Below the pieces are notes generated by a model. That model did not search any database and was not told the DNA's origin. It saw only the letters and a program-made list of their open reading frames with translations. Positions 28,956 through 39,362 of a DNA stretch of 64,000 nt are shown one piece after another. Made by a program: the position numbers and the translations under genes. How positions within the stretch are numbered: the stretch's first letter is position 1; each line of letters opens with the position of its first letter. The stretch lies in the sequence record MK774614.2, one strand, 5' to 3'.

Positions 28956-28971
28956 CAAAAGGACTAAGAAA

Positions 28972-29580
28972 ATGGAAATTACTGCAAATGCAATTAAGAA
29001 TAACATCCAAGCTATTTATGAAGGAATTGAAAAGTGCCGAGTGGCTTATAAAAGTCACTCTGTGCTAGGTCAACTTTACAATGTCGATTTGGGGATATGT
29101 ACTATTGGACTTTCTAATTCGGCCATTAACCACACTTTGTTTGTTACACCATCTGTGAATGGATTAAATAAAGGATCCATTGGGTTTTCAGAAACAGAGG
29201 TTCAAGAAGACACTATCAGTATTGAAGAGTATGGATTAGTGTTGGACAACTTTATTGGTTCCATGATTGCGGGAATTAGTCAGGTTGCGTATACGCAATG
29301 GAGAGACGAAGTTCAGTTAGTTGATGTCTTGACAAGCAAATCGTACCAAGCACTCTCAGAACTCTTTCCAGAAGTGTTTGGGATGGTGTTGGATCCCGCT
29401 GTCCATGGATATGATATTCGTATTGTTGATGCGAATGGAGAACTTCTTTATCACAGTGCAGGTGAATGCGAAGCACTTGCTCACTTGGATTGGGATCGAC
29501 TGGAAATGGAAATCAAACTTGCTTGGCTCTTTATGTACAATCAAGGATTAGGTTTTCAAGACCGTGTTGTTAATATCTAA
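28972..29580 (+). CDS. Hypothetical protein
   Basis: 202 aa, AAGGA RBS. Confidence 0.7.
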   Translation: MEITANAIKNNIQAIYEGIEKCRVAYKSHSVLGQLYNVDLGICTIGLSNSAINHTLFVTPSVNGLNKGSIGFSETEVQEDTISIEEYGLVLDNFIGSMIAGISQVAYTQWRDEVQLVDVLTSKSYQALSELFPEVFGMVLDPAVHGYDIRIVDANGELLYHSAGECEALAHLDWDRLEMEIKLAWLFMYNQGLGFQDRVVNI

Positions 29581-29591
29581 AGGAAAATAAG

Positions 29592-30263
29592 ATGACTTTA
29601 CTGGAACGGTTGGAACAAGAAGATTTGATCTTTGGTGTGGACGGTTACAATGTTCACGAATTTCTCAAACGCTGGGAACGAGAATTGTCATTGTTAGAAC
29701 GTGTTACTGAAGAGGATCCGGTTTGTAGTTATCACAACTACTCACACTTAGTGGGAACTGGGATGATTATGGAGAAGCTCATTAGCCAAACCGATCTGGA
29801 TCACAGCGCCATGAAACTGGGCGTCATTGCAGCGCTTTACCATGATTTTCGTTACGGTGGGTTTAAGAACGATGATGATAACATCCGGCTGACCTGTAAC
29901 AGTTTTATGACAACAGGGACAGGAATAGTTGGTTCTTCAATAGACCGGACTATTATCAACTCGGTCATTATTCAAACACGCTATCCTTATAACCCAGCAA
30001 CTCAACTGAGTTATACTGGGAAAGTGCTTCGTGATGCGGATCGATTGTACGGACAAGTCTTCTGTTCTCCAGAGATGATTAATCGACTCTATTTGGCTCG
30101 TGGCCACATCGATGGTATTTACACGTTAGAGGAATTTGTAATACGTAATCTGGAATTTGTTAAAACATTCGAAAGTTTCTCTCAGGAAGGAAAGGTTCTG
30201 TACGAGCAAACAAAAGAGCGTTCTATTGATCTGCATTTGAAGATGCTCAATATTTACAATTAA
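29592..30263 (+). CDS. HD-domain phosphohydrolase
   Basis: YHNYSH ... ALYHDF ... LRDAD motif order of the HD superfamily. Confidence 0.8.
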   Translation: MTLLERLEQEDLIFGVDGYNVHEFLKRWERELSLLERVTEEDPVCSYHNYSHLVGTGMIMEKLISQTDLDHSAMKLGVIAALYHDFRYGGFKNDDDNIRLTCNSFMTTGTGIVGSSIDRTIINSVIIQTRYPYNPATQLSYTGKVLRDADRLYGQVFCSPEMINRLYLARGHIDGIYTLEEFVIRNLEFVKTFESFSQEGKVLYEQTKERSIDLHLKMLNIYN

Positions 30264-30274
30264 ATAGGGATTGT

Positions 30275-30325
30275 TTTAATATCCATTTTATTTCAAACCT
30301 ATATTACTAAAGTGATAAACAACCA
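30275..30325 (+). promoter_or_regulatory. 51-bp early promoter cassette, copy 1
   Basis: TTTAATATCCATTTTATTTCAAACCTATATTACTAAAGTGATAAACAACCA; 48/51 identical to 54104-54154; contains TATATTAC. Confidence 0.8.
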
Positions 30326-30352
30326 ACTTATTTTAGCAAAAGGAATACAGTC

Positions 30353-30805
30353 ATGGACATCCAAGCAAAACAGGTCTTTCTTGACAATCTCTCAGCCATC
30401 ATTTCTAATGATAACTTGTTAAGGCAAAAGCCTATAGCCGGTGAAGATTTTGTTGAACTGGTGATCAACAAACGACGTAAACTGGATGTTTTTACTTCCG
30501 CAGTTTTCGTTTACTTTACTAACGTCATTACGCAGCGCGGATACCTGGCTGGAAATATCCATCAGTTCCGGATTATTCATCTGGTTGCTGAAGTTCTGAC
30601 AACCGCATTTGTGCTTTATGACACCGGCCGTGGTCATCCGGATTTCAATAACAGAACAAAAGAACAACTCATGGCTTGGATAGATAAAAAGTTGGAGGAG
30701 TCCTTTTCTTATGGTCTCCCTGACTGTTATCGCCCCAGTGCTCAGTCACTGAAGTACATCATGGATGACTTTGATCGTCTTGTGAGTGTCGCCAAGCAAC
30801 GTTAA
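30353..30805 (+). CDS. Hypothetical protein
   Basis: 150 aa, AAGGA RBS. Confidence 0.7.
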   Translation: MDIQAKQVFLDNLSAIISNDNLLRQKPIAGEDFVELVINKRRKLDVFTSAVFVYFTNVITQRGYLAGNIHQFRIIHLVAEVLTTAFVLYDTGRGHPDFNNRTKEQLMAWIDKKLEESFSYGLPDCYRPSAQSLKYIMDDFDRLVSVAKQR

Positions 30806-30836
30806 TAGCACACCTTTATATCACCAGGAGTCAAAA

Positions 30837-31160
30837 ATGTCTAACATCAACAATCCTATCACTGAACTGCTGAAAGTGTTTTCAAATCCCGATAATACAT
30901 TTAACCCAGAAATGTATTGTGACGGCCAGGTAAATGGAAAATATAAAGGGATAGAGTATAGTCTCACTAAGAAGTTTTGTTGCGGTTCAGGATTTATCCG
31001 TGGTATGGTGGGGGATCAAAAGGTCGCGATCTTTGCGCCGTACAATCAAATGGTCCAGGTATACATCAATGATAGCGACACCGTTTCATTGAATGTAAAC
31101 CCGCACACGGTAAGAAGTTCTGATATTATTCCGGTCCTTGAACAACTGTTCGGTTGCTAA
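30837..31160 (+). CDS. Hypothetical protein (paralog of the N-terminus of 25637..26440)
   Basis: ATG 30837 has AGGAG upstream. Confidence 0.7.
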   Translation: MSNINNPITELLKVFSNPDNTFNPEMYCDGQVNGKYKGIEYSLTKKFCCGSGFIRGMVGDQKVAIFAPYNQMVQVYINDSDTVSLNVNPHTVRSSDIIPVLEQLFGC

Positions 31161-31252
31161 AGTCAATGACTTACCTTACCTTCCCATTGGGAAGGTAAGG
31201 TAATCTTACACATTTTTTATTTTGTGTATTACAACTATAAGGAAGACACGGG

Positions 31253-31537
31253 ATGATAGTTCAACTAGTAGAAGACATTTGTTACAACACCTCTGCTGCG
31301 CTTAATGGAAAAATACTTAAACGTATTTCAGCTAGAACATGTTTAATTGAAGAAACGAACAATCGACTAACAAGCATTGGCGGGAATAAATTTACGGGAC
31401 TCAATGATCGACTTCAGTTTAAACATGCTATTAAAAAGAATGAAGGAAAATGGGAAAGTAAAGTCATTGATTTGGTTGATAAAACAGAAGTATTAATCGC
31501 TCACGGGTATTTTGTTCGTGGGGAAGATTTGATTTAA
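31253..31537 (+). CDS. Hypothetical protein
   Basis: 94 aa, AAGGA RBS. Confidence 0.6.
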   Translation: MIVQLVEDICYNTSAALNGKILKRISARTCLIEETNNRLTSIGGNKFTGLNDRLQFKHAIKKNEGKWESKVIDLVDKTEVLIAHGYFVRGEDLI

Positions 31538-31722
31538 CCTAGGTTCCTTATAAAGTTATAAATGTCAACATCTCTATTACCGGCTATGGTAATAGAGATG
31601 TTATAATCAACCATTGTCTTTTGGGATTTTATGTATTTAATTACAAGAGCAAATATATGAGGTTGTTGGATGTCACCGACATAACCTTGTCTATCGTAAT
31701 AAGAAACATTAAGGAAATGACA

Positions 31723-33483
31723 ATGGGATTTAATACCAATAACCCTTTGGGGTCTAGCGACGAGCGCGACTTCTACGATAACAGCGCCAATTTAGATAAA
31801 GCACTTAATTCGGAAGCTGAAAATTGGACAGATCGTTTAGGTGTAGAGAGGCCGACGGTTGATTACGTTCTGAAACAAGCTGGATTTACACCAGCGGGGT
31901 TTGACTTTAAAACAGGTGGAACATTACGCGCGATTGATCGTAATAAATGTGTCTTTAACCAAGCTGACCAAACCTGGTATATGTGGCAAGGGGATCTTCC
32001 CAAAACAGTTGCTGCAAACAGCACACCTAATCCATTAGGAGATAATGGGTGGAAACCGGAAGCTGTTGATACAGGTGGTAAATTAAGATCTGACCTTTTA
32101 AATGGTTCTCTCGTAATGAGGAACGGACTCTTTGCACAAAGAGATTTTGTTAGTGTTAGAGATTTTGGAGTTAAAGGCGACGGTATTACGGACGATACCC
32201 AAGCCATACAGTTGGCGATAAATTTTGCAAGTTCAATTTCAGGAGAGTTAATTTTCCCACCTGGAAATTATAATTTCCAGGGTATTAATTTTGATGGTAT
32301 CCGTTATACCAAAGTTAAAGGTCTGGGTCGGGTCGTACTAAAGTACACGGGTCCTGAAAATAATTCGGCAATTGATTGTTCTGATCCTAGAGACACATCC
32401 GGAGTTATATTTGAAAACATCCAACTAGACCTTAATAATGTAAAAAATGTAAAAGGGTTCGATTTATTTTATTTTACAAATCAATCTGCTTTAATTGATT
32501 GTGGTGTAATCAATGTTTCTGATGGCAGTGTCGGGTTATATTTGGATAGATCCTGGTTTGCTCATTTTGAACGATTTACTGTTGTTGGCAATAATCGTTC
32601 CAAGACAGGGATCGGTGTTTTCTTTAATAGCCAATTAGAGGCTATTAACGGGATTGTTTTCAACAACATCCGAGTTCATTCCCTAGGGAGAGGTATAAAA
32701 CTAAAAACAGGTCAATTTAGTTGTTACGGGAATAGTTTTATTGGCGGAAACATAGAACAATGCGGAATTGGGTTAGAGATAGAGGATCTTGGCGGAAAAG
32801 AATTTAACCAGTTGAAATTTTCTGAAATGTATTTCGAAAATCATGATATACATATTAAAATAAATTGCATTTCTGTTTCAGGATATATTTCGTTTGATAA
32901 TTCTTACCATGATTTTCACACAGGGTTTATGGACACAAGTGGTAACAAAACCAGAGTACTTTTGGAAGAATGTAAATATCTCAGTATTAAAAATACTAAT
33001 GGTGATCTGATTGGCGCTAGAAACGTTACTTCTAGTAATGTACCAAACCAGGATATAGAAAATGTTATATTTTCTAGGTATGAGGATTATGTTCCTGTAA
33101 AGTCATTAACCTCAGGTACAAATAAAAATCAAAACCAAAATGTACAATTTTATCCCGTAATTGTGGATAGAATACAAATACCAGCTTCTCCAACAACCCA
33201 AAGCTATAAAATACCCAATAAACAAATCGGGGTTACAGTCCCCTCGGGAGGCGCTGTTGGTCGAATCGAGGTCTTCACTTACTATAGCTACGGAAAGGTC
33301 CCAAGACACGCACTAAGCTACGCGGTCCATAAAACATCAGATAATAAATATGGATTAATGTTGTTGTCAGGACAAGAAGTTTCTTCATTCTCGCTAACAA
33401 GAGATGAAAATACCGGAGAATTAAATTTTATGATTAATTCTGGAGATACAAGCTATCTGCAAGTTGTTTGGCATCTATTCTAA
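31723..33483 (+). CDS. Tailspike / depolymerase (beta-helix) 2
   Basis: Same NNPLGS..DFYDNSANLDKALNS..WTDRLG anchor as tailspike 1; VSVRDFGVKGDGITDDTQAIQ and LIFPPGNY pectate-lyase-3-like motifs; AAGGA RBS. Confidence 0.85.
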   Translation: MGFNTNNPLGSSDERDFYDNSANLDKALNSEAENWTDRLGVERPTVDYVLKQAGFTPAGFDFKTGGTLRAIDRNKCVFNQADQTWYMWQGDLPKTVAANSTPNPLGDNGWKPEAVDTGGKLRSDLLNGSLVMRNGLFAQRDFVSVRDFGVKGDGITDDTQAIQLAINFASSISGELIFPPGNYNFQGINFDGIRYTKVKGLGRVVLKYTGPENNSAIDCSDPRDTSGVIFENIQLDLNNVKNVKGFDLFYFTNQSALIDCGVINVSDGSVGLYLDRSWFAHFERFTVVGNNRSKTGIGVFFNSQLEAINGIVFNNIRVHSLGRGIKLKTGQFSCYGNSFIGGNIEQCGIGLEIEDLGGKEFNQLKFSEMYFENHDIHIKINCISVSGYISFDNSYHDFHTGFMDTSGNKTRVLLEECKYLSIKNTNGDLIGARNVTSSNVPNQDIENVIFSRYEDYVPVKSLTSGTNKNQNQNVQFYPVIVDRIQIPASPTTQSYKIPNKQIGVTVPSGGAVGRIEVFTYYSYGKVPRHALSYAVHKTSDNKYGLMLLSGQEVSSFSLTRDENTGELNFMINSGDTSYLQVVWHLF

Positions 33484-33489
33484 CTATAT

Positions 33490-33527
33490 TTTCTACCTTT
33501 ATCGCAAGTTTGCGATAAAGGTAGAAA
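33490..33527. terminator. Perfect 17-bp hairpin
   Basis: TTTCTACCTTTATCGCA-agtt-TGCGATAAAGGTAGAAA. Confidence 0.75.
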
Positions 33528-33604
33528 CATTATTTTAGTTCCAAAAATAATCAAGTAGATATTATCTTTATGTAAATCCATAGCAGTTTATTTTAGGATC
33601 GTAT

Positions 33605-34264
33605 ATGAAACCACATCAGTTACGTTCTAGTTCAACCTATTTGATGACATCTCCCCAAGGAAATATTGCGATACAAGGTATTCGAAAAATTAATGGAGAT
33701 TACATATTTTTATTGTACGACGAGTACCCTCCTCATTTACTCGAGTTGTGTTTTGATCACCGACCCACTCGGGAACAATTACTGAACTCAATAGTGAGAC
33801 TACAAGACAATATTGAAGAATACAGTTGCGAACAAACAAAGAAAACAGTCCAGTACTTTATGAAGTATATTAAAAAGCACAAAGGAAATGTGCTCCAAAA
33901 ACTCCATAAAGTGATCTTGGATATCAAGTTCAAATACGAAAAGAGTGATTGTTTCACCATTAATAAAAGCACAGTGTCTTTTAATATTAACCTAGGAGAA
34001 CAAGCCAAGCTCAGTTTTATTTTTAGACCTAATCTGACGCGTCCTCAAATCGATGTTCAATTAACAATAGGTGGACTTCACACAGGGTTCAAAGAAGATA
34101 TAGGTCTTTATACAACTGAGACGTTGTTAAATACATTTAACAGAAATGTTGATCCAAGACTGGCTAATAAATATAGTGACATTGTACAAAAAGCCATTGA
34201 GCAAAACAAAAACGAGTTAGAACTTCTTTTATATCGTTTTAACAATAAGCTAAGATTAGTTTAA
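33605..34264 (+). CDS. Hypothetical protein
   Basis: 219 aa; early promoter motif at 33551-33572. Confidence 0.7.
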   Translation: MKPHQLRSSSTYLMTSPQGNIAIQGIRKINGDYIFLLYDEYPPHLLELCFDHRPTREQLLNSIVRLQDNIEEYSCEQTKKTVQYFMKYIKKHKGNVLQKLHKVILDIKFKYEKSDCFTINKSTVSFNINLGEQAKLSFIFRPNLTRPQIDVQLTIGGLHTGFKEDIGLYTTETLLNTFNRNVDPRLANKYSDIVQKAIEQNKNELELLLYRFNNKLRLV

Positions 34265-34295
34265 TCCAACGTACACTTAGAAAAGGAAATAAACA

Positions 34296-34796
34296 ATGCC
34301 TGCACAAATCAACGGTACTGACCATCTTGCCCAGATTGTCAAAAAGAAAATCGCTCCATTACATTTAACCAGTCTCTGGGAAGAAGGCAATTATCATTTT
34401 GAAACAATTGCCCCAGGTTTATTGTTGGAATTTCGTGTTCAATACAGCGAAGAAACCAACAGTGTAGGTATTCGAGAACTGTGTTTTGTTGTAAGTTACT
34501 TTGAAAAGAATACGAGTAATAAAATTGTTATTGCAACAATTGAACATTTTAAAACTTATACTCATAACCAGTTGGTCAGGGAGATCCACCGAGCTCTTGC
34601 CAAAGAGATGTTTAATCGGTTGGGTCAAAACAAAGAAATGGTGTTTGACGGGATTGATTATTATAAAGAATTCAAAACAAACCCCCGATCAGAATTGGCA
34701 AAATTGGCCAGCAAAGCACAAAAGGATTTCTATCGCGGCTACCAGTATGTTCGTAACCCATTTAAAACATTAACACAACAAACTGTTCAATTTTAA
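34296..34796 (+). CDS. Hypothetical protein
   Basis: 166 aa, AAGGA RBS. Confidence 0.7.
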   Translation: MPAQINGTDHLAQIVKKKIAPLHLTSLWEEGNYHFETIAPGLLLEFRVQYSEETNSVGIRELCFVVSYFEKNTSNKIVIATIEHFKTYTHNQLVREIHRALAKEMFNRLGQNKEMVFDGIDYYKEFKTNPRSELAKLASKAQKDFYRGYQYVRNPFKTLTQQTVQF

Positions 34797-34809
34797 TTTT
34801 AGGGAATAA

Positions 34810-35559
34810 ATGGCTATGTTTGATTTGAGAACCGAATATAAAGTGTCCACCCAACAACTGCTTGATGCTCGAAATGAGTTAATCACCCAAGTTAACAGCG
34901 GACTTCAATCAATTGTTCAGCGTCAGCAAACAGGACACTTTAACCGGACTATTTATGGACTGGAAGTAAAGGGGTTTGTCGGAGAGAAAACAGATTCTGG
35001 TTTTCCATGTCATGTGAGTTTATGCACATTCCAAAGTCCTATCTTGTATGTTGATGATCAAGTCGATGTAAAGGAAATCAACACCGACATTTTGATTGAC
35101 CAGTGCATTTTGCGTATTGCTCAGCGGATTGTTTCTGACATGTATGATGAAACGTCAACTACTCTCTCAGACAAAATCAGGGTTATATTAGATTCTGGGA
35201 ACTGGGGTCAGTTTAAAGAGCTTTATCGACACTGTAGTATTTTACCTGTTGCAGGTGGGTTCAATTATCATATTGGAACACCAGGTGGTCATATTGTCAG
35301 AAGTGTCGCGTATAACGATTACCGCTTCGCTACCAAAATAGATAAGATGGGATCTGGATACTTTTCAAAAGAAGTGGAACATGGAAACTCTCCCAAGAAC
35401 AAGGTGTTCTATTTAAACAAAGAAGGTGTTTCCTCCATTAAGCACGTTAATCATGATCTGATCCACGATTATCTGATTGAAGATCTAACGCTCCTTCATC
35501 TTCGAGGTGATTTCAATCCGGCGTTAAAACAAACCGCTGTTGTTCTTTATAAGCGGTAA
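34810..35559 (+). CDS. Hypothetical protein
   Basis: 249 aa, AGGGA RBS. Confidence 0.7.
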   Translation: MAMFDLRTEYKVSTQQLLDARNELITQVNSGLQSIVQRQQTGHFNRTIYGLEVKGFVGEKTDSGFPCHVSLCTFQSPILYVDDQVDVKEINTDILIDQCILRIAQRIVSDMYDETSTTLSDKIRVILDSGNWGQFKELYRHCSILPVAGGFNYHIGTPGGHIVRSVAYNDYRFATKIDKMGSGYFSKEVEHGNSPKNKVFYLNKEGVSSIKHVNHDLIHDYLIEDLTLLHLRGDFNPALKQTAVVLYKR

Positions 35560-35589
35560 TTCTTTTCTCTTATTTTCGGGATAAATCAA

Positions 35590-35973
35590 ATGACTGTAGC
35601 TCAACAACTTTGTGGTATTGAATCTTCTTTACAAGCCCATTTTGGATCGTTTATTCACGATTTGATGAAACAGGTTAAAGATAATCAATTTAACCTTTAT
35701 AATCGAACGTATAAAACAATCAAAGGAAAGAGATGTAAATTTGATGCAGCAAAGGGGTTTCAGAAACTCGGTCCAATGCAAGTTGCAAACTGGTCAGTAC
35801 CGCCATTTGTAGATAACCCGCAATACGTACTAGCGACCTTTAAAATCAAGTTCCAAGGCAACCCTGTGGGTATGGTGAACATTACGGTAGAAGACGTTAC
35901 AGAAGGGTTCAGCGCCGAGCGCCTTGAAACTTTGGTAACCCCTCTGACTACTAATAGCATTAAATACATGTAA
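35590..35973 (+). CDS. Hypothetical protein
   Basis: 127 aa; followed by perfect hairpin AGAGAACAGAG-caattg-CTCTGTTCTCT. Confidence 0.65.
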   Translation: MTVAQQLCGIESSLQAHFGSFIHDLMKQVKDNQFNLYNRTYKTIKGKRCKFDAAKGFQKLGPMQVANWSVPPFVDNPQYVLATFKIKFQGNPVGMVNITVEDVTEGFSAERLETLVTPLTTNSIKYM

Positions 35974-36045
35974 CCCAATCACCATTCAGAGAGAACAGAG
36001 CAATTGCTCTGTTCTCTCTTTTGATCTATTACTTAGGAGATAGCG

Positions 36046-36534
36046 ATGAAAATCAGTGTTAACCAAATTAAAGAAACATTGTCCACTCACTCTCAACAGA
36101 TCAACGCTTTCTTTGATCGTAAAGTGGGATCCGTTTGTATGCAAATCCAACCTGGGACCTTGCTTTGTTTAGAACACTCAACCGATGGATATTTCATCTT
36201 CTTTCAAAGTGAGGTATTTGGAAAGGTGTTTGTCAGTTTCTCTGCTGATTACATCTATCCAAAGCAAAAGCTTTATTTGCAAGTGGATCTTCTTACTAAA
36301 GAGATCACTGGACATCTTTGGCATATCTACAAAGAAACTATGTTGATTGTGGATGAAACTACATTATTAGAAGCTGTTGATGAGTTTTCAAAACAACAAA
36401 CAGTGTATACGTTCCCCAAACGGCCAGAAGTAAAGGATATCGAACGCGCCGTTAATGGAATCAAATACCTTTTCATGGCAGGTGAATTTAAACAAGATGT
36501 GAAACTCCCCCTTTCGATTTGTGAACTTAGTTAG
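36046..36534 (+). CDS. Hypothetical protein
   Basis: 162 aa, AGGAG RBS. Confidence 0.7.
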   Translation: MKISVNQIKETLSTHSQQINAFFDRKVGSVCMQIQPGTLLCLEHSTDGYFIFFQSEVFGKVFVSFSADYIYPKQKLYLQVDLLTKEITGHLWHIYKETMLIVDETTLLEAVDEFSKQQTVYTFPKRPEVKDIERAVNGIKYLFMAGEFKQDVKLPLSICELS

Positions 36535-36544
36535 AGGAAGCAGT

Positions 36545-37009
36545 ATGTTACCGTCTCGTTACAGTTATCAAATAGAAGGAAATAAAGTTGTATTCCTAGA
36601 TAAAGAACACGATGGCGAATTGACCATCAAAATCAAGCCGACTTCGACTAAGGTCGGGTCTGTGATGATGTTTGGGATTGCCAATGACATTGTGACTGCA
36701 TTGAGCACTGGAAAGTTGGTGTTAACCCTAAAAGGAAAATCAGTCATCCGCGTTCGGCATGACTTGATCCTTGAAGGAAACGTGGTATTAAAATCATGTC
36801 ACCTGACCGATACAGTGATTGTTAATAGTGAGCTGCGATTTGTTTCGATGGAACCTTATACGGAATTTCGAGATTGCATCATCAGTCATATTGGCAAAAC
36901 ACGGTTTGGAAAGTTTGTCTTCCAAGAATGCCAGTTCAATGTCAACAGCAATATTGAGTTTCCCCCAACCCACACTGCCATGTTTCATCACAACAATCTA
37001 ATACATTAA
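36545..37009 (+). CDS. Hypothetical protein
   Basis: ATG 36545 has GAGGA upstream. Confidence 0.65.
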   Translation: MLPSRYSYQIEGNKVVFLDKEHDGELTIKIKPTSTKVGSVMMFGIANDIVTALSTGKLVLTLKGKSVIRVRHDLILEGNVVLKSCHLTDTVIVNSELRFVSMEPYTEFRDCIISHIGKTRFGKFVFQECQFNVNSNIEFPPTHTAMFHHNNLIH

Positions 37010-37017
37010 GGGCGATT

Positions 37018-37326
37018 ATGCAACCTAGTCATCCACTTGCTCGCTTTATGAAAAGTTTTACAGCGTTTATCAATAATGATCGTACAATTAAGTCAAGACC
37101 ACTTAAAGCCATCACTGGAAAGTTTAATCGTTCACTTGAAGAGATCCATATTAAACGAGACAGCAGTGGTAATGTTACCGGATACCTAATTCACCGACAA
37201 CAAAAAGTGAACATCGAAATTAAAGACAGTAATGTCGTTATTGGCGGTGCGTTCCCAACCGTGTTTCCAATTGAAGATAAATCCGGTATTGCTCACTATT
37301 TGGAACGGCTATATAACATGCATTAA
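37018..37326 (+). CDS. Hypothetical protein
   Basis: 102 aa, tightly packed in the operon. Confidence 0.65.
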   Translation: MQPSHPLARFMKSFTAFINNDRTIKSRPLKAITGKFNRSLEEIHIKRDSSGNVTGYLIHRQQKVNIEIKDSNVVIGGAFPTVFPIEDKSGIAHYLERLYNMH

Positions 37327-37343
37327 TTTAGGGAGAACATGTA

Positions 37344-37652
37344 ATGGCACTTAATTTGATCGACGAAGTAGTCTCTTACTTTACCGGTAAAACAAAACTA
37401 GATGGTAAAGTCACGTGGTTTATTCCAACCCCTAAAGGACTCTCTTCCGATCACATCACGATTCGACCAGTTGACTATGGGATCACTGGCAAACTGGATT
37501 TAAATAATAATCGCTTAGATATCACCGTTAAAGAAGACGAGCTGATTTTATCTAGCATGGGGCATCAAGAATTTCGTTTCTGTTTAAAGACAGAACTGGA
37601 TAAAATAACTGATCATTTTCTCAGTTATAAAAATATCTTTCATTTACTGTAA
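37344..37652 (+). CDS. Hypothetical protein
   Basis: 102 aa, AGGGAG RBS. Confidence 0.65.
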   Translation: MALNLIDEVVSYFTGKTKLDGKVTWFIPTPKGLSSDHITIRPVDYGITGKLDLNNNRLDITVKEDELILSSMGHQEFRFCLKTELDKITDHFLSYKNIFHLL

Positions 37653-37668
37653 AAAAAAGGAATATGAC

Positions 37669-38832
37669 ATGTGTGCTATCGAAAATAACGTTGTAACGGA
37701 GTCCCCAGAAATAATGACCAGTAAGGTGGTCAATCTGGATGTTAAAATCGAAGAGCAGTGTAAAAAGCTCTTGACCCATTTTAACCGCAAGACGTTCAAT
37801 AAAGACGGTAATTATACTCGTGCTCAAATCGATCATGTTTATAATAACTATCTTTCAGCAGTGAAAATCTATTTGGAAACCTTCTTCCAATGGTACTCAA
37901 AAATCTTAACAGATAAGGAACCTAAATTTTACAAAGAACTTCTTAACTGTTATCTTTTTGCTATAGAAGACACCTGTCCGCCCGAAATTGAAAAAGTAGT
38001 TGCTTTGCAATCAATTCCGCCGATTATTTTGCAAGAAAATCCGCAGTGGCTATGGCTATCGGAGGTCAAATCCTTAAGCGACCTAAGAACACGTTTACTA
38101 GAAGGCTACATGCGTTCTTTCCAGAACCGTTTTCCAGATTATATCAAAGAAATCGCCCTAGAATCCACTACTCAAAAGGAAACTGTAACCATGTCCAAGC
38201 CTGTCCAACGTTTGTCCCAAAATGTCCTTAATCAACTGTACACTTCTCATGGCGTCGATGAAAGGATACCATTTAAAGTAGCCGGTGAAGAAGGGACGTG
38301 CGTGATCTATAAACGTCATCGGGTTAAGTTTGATCGAGTCGCTTATTGGGAGATGACCGATGAGATGGTCAAAGAAGCTGTTGATCTGATTACCGCACAT
38401 TGTCAAGCCAAAGACGAATACAAGCAAATACTGAATCAGCTCAACGGTGCAGTCTGTTCCGGTGATGACAATCAGGTCTTCGCAATTGACCACTGCGTCA
38501 AAAAGCTGGTTGAAAGTGATTTGGACACCGCGTTGATCCAACACGGGTTTAAGGAGATCGTTACACTCTCGGTTGAGACAAAACGAATGGTTCTTGGGCT
38601 TATTTTGAATAACCAGTTCAAGAAAAACAAAATCGCTAATTTGACAGAACAGCTGGATAAACAAGCAAAGTCAGTTCCTGCGCAGATGACCGCTGCCGAC
38701 CAGCCTCATATTAAACAACCCGAAGGGGTAATCCTCATAGCGGTTCCTTCCAATCGTGGTTGCGGTTCTCTCGACACCCGGATGACGCTCTGCGATTATC
38801 TTTCCAACCTTAGCTTTAATCACAAACTCTAA
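37669..38832 (+). CDS. Hypothetical protein with an internal in-frame start at 38191
   Basis: 387 aa; internal 26-mer with RBS and ATG identical to the one in the chimallin gene. Confidence 0.7.
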   Translation: MCAIENNVVTESPEIMTSKVVNLDVKIEEQCKKLLTHFNRKTFNKDGNYTRAQIDHVYNNYLSAVKIYLETFFQWYSKILTDKEPKFYKELLNCYLFAIEDTCPPEIEKVVALQSIPPIILQENPQWLWLSEVKSLSDLRTRLLEGYMRSFQNRFPDYIKEIALESTTQKETVTMSKPVQRLSQNVLNQLYTSHGVDERIPFKVAGEEGTCVIYKRHRVKFDRVAYWEMTDEMVKEAVDLITAHCQAKDEYKQILNQLNGAVCSGDDNQVFAIDHCVKKLVESDLDTALIQHGFKEIVTLSVETKRMVLGLILNNQFKKNKIANLTEQLDKQAKSVPAQMTAADQPHIKQPEGVILIAVPSNRGCGSLDTRMTLCDYLSNLSFNHKL

Positions 38833-38981
38833 TAAATAACCCATTTAACTCTCTAGCCTTAACGGGCTAGAGAGTTATTCTATTTTTTATTTCTATTTTT
38901 ATTTCAGCTAGATATTATCGTTATGTATAAACAGAGGAGGTTATTAATTAGAGAAGGCCATTGCCCACTAGGAATACCTGT

Positions 38982-39362
38982 ATGAATACTCAAGCAATGA
39001 TAAAAGCGATCTTTACCGACCAGCTATTGGAAAACAAAGCGAAAGCGTATAAGAACGTTTATGATATTAAATCCATGAGTCCTGGTGACAGGCTCAATTT
39101 CTTTTCAACTTTTAGATATCGGTTAAATAAAATAGATGTCCTGATTGTCGGTGTTATGATCAGGTTGGAAAATCCAAACAAGAATGTGCGTATTCATATT
39201 ACTCACATTAAACTTTGGAAAAAATACACCAAAACCATTTTCAGACAAGGGATCGCAATTAACCATAAATCGATCTATGAAATACTCGATAGTGAGATCC
39301 CCAAACTCCTTGCTCCTAAATTAGAAAAAGCCATTGAGGTAATCAAGCATGAACAGCAGTGA
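38982..39362 (+). CDS. Hypothetical protein
   Basis: ATG 38982 has AGGA upstream; early promoter at 38902-38925. Confidence 0.65.
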   Translation: MNTQAMIKAIFTDQLLENKAKAYKNVYDIKSMSPGDRLNFFSTFRYRLNKIDVLIVGVMIRLENPNKNVRIHITHIKLWKKYTKTIFRQGIAINHKSIYEILDSEIPKLLAPKLEKAIEVIKHEQQ

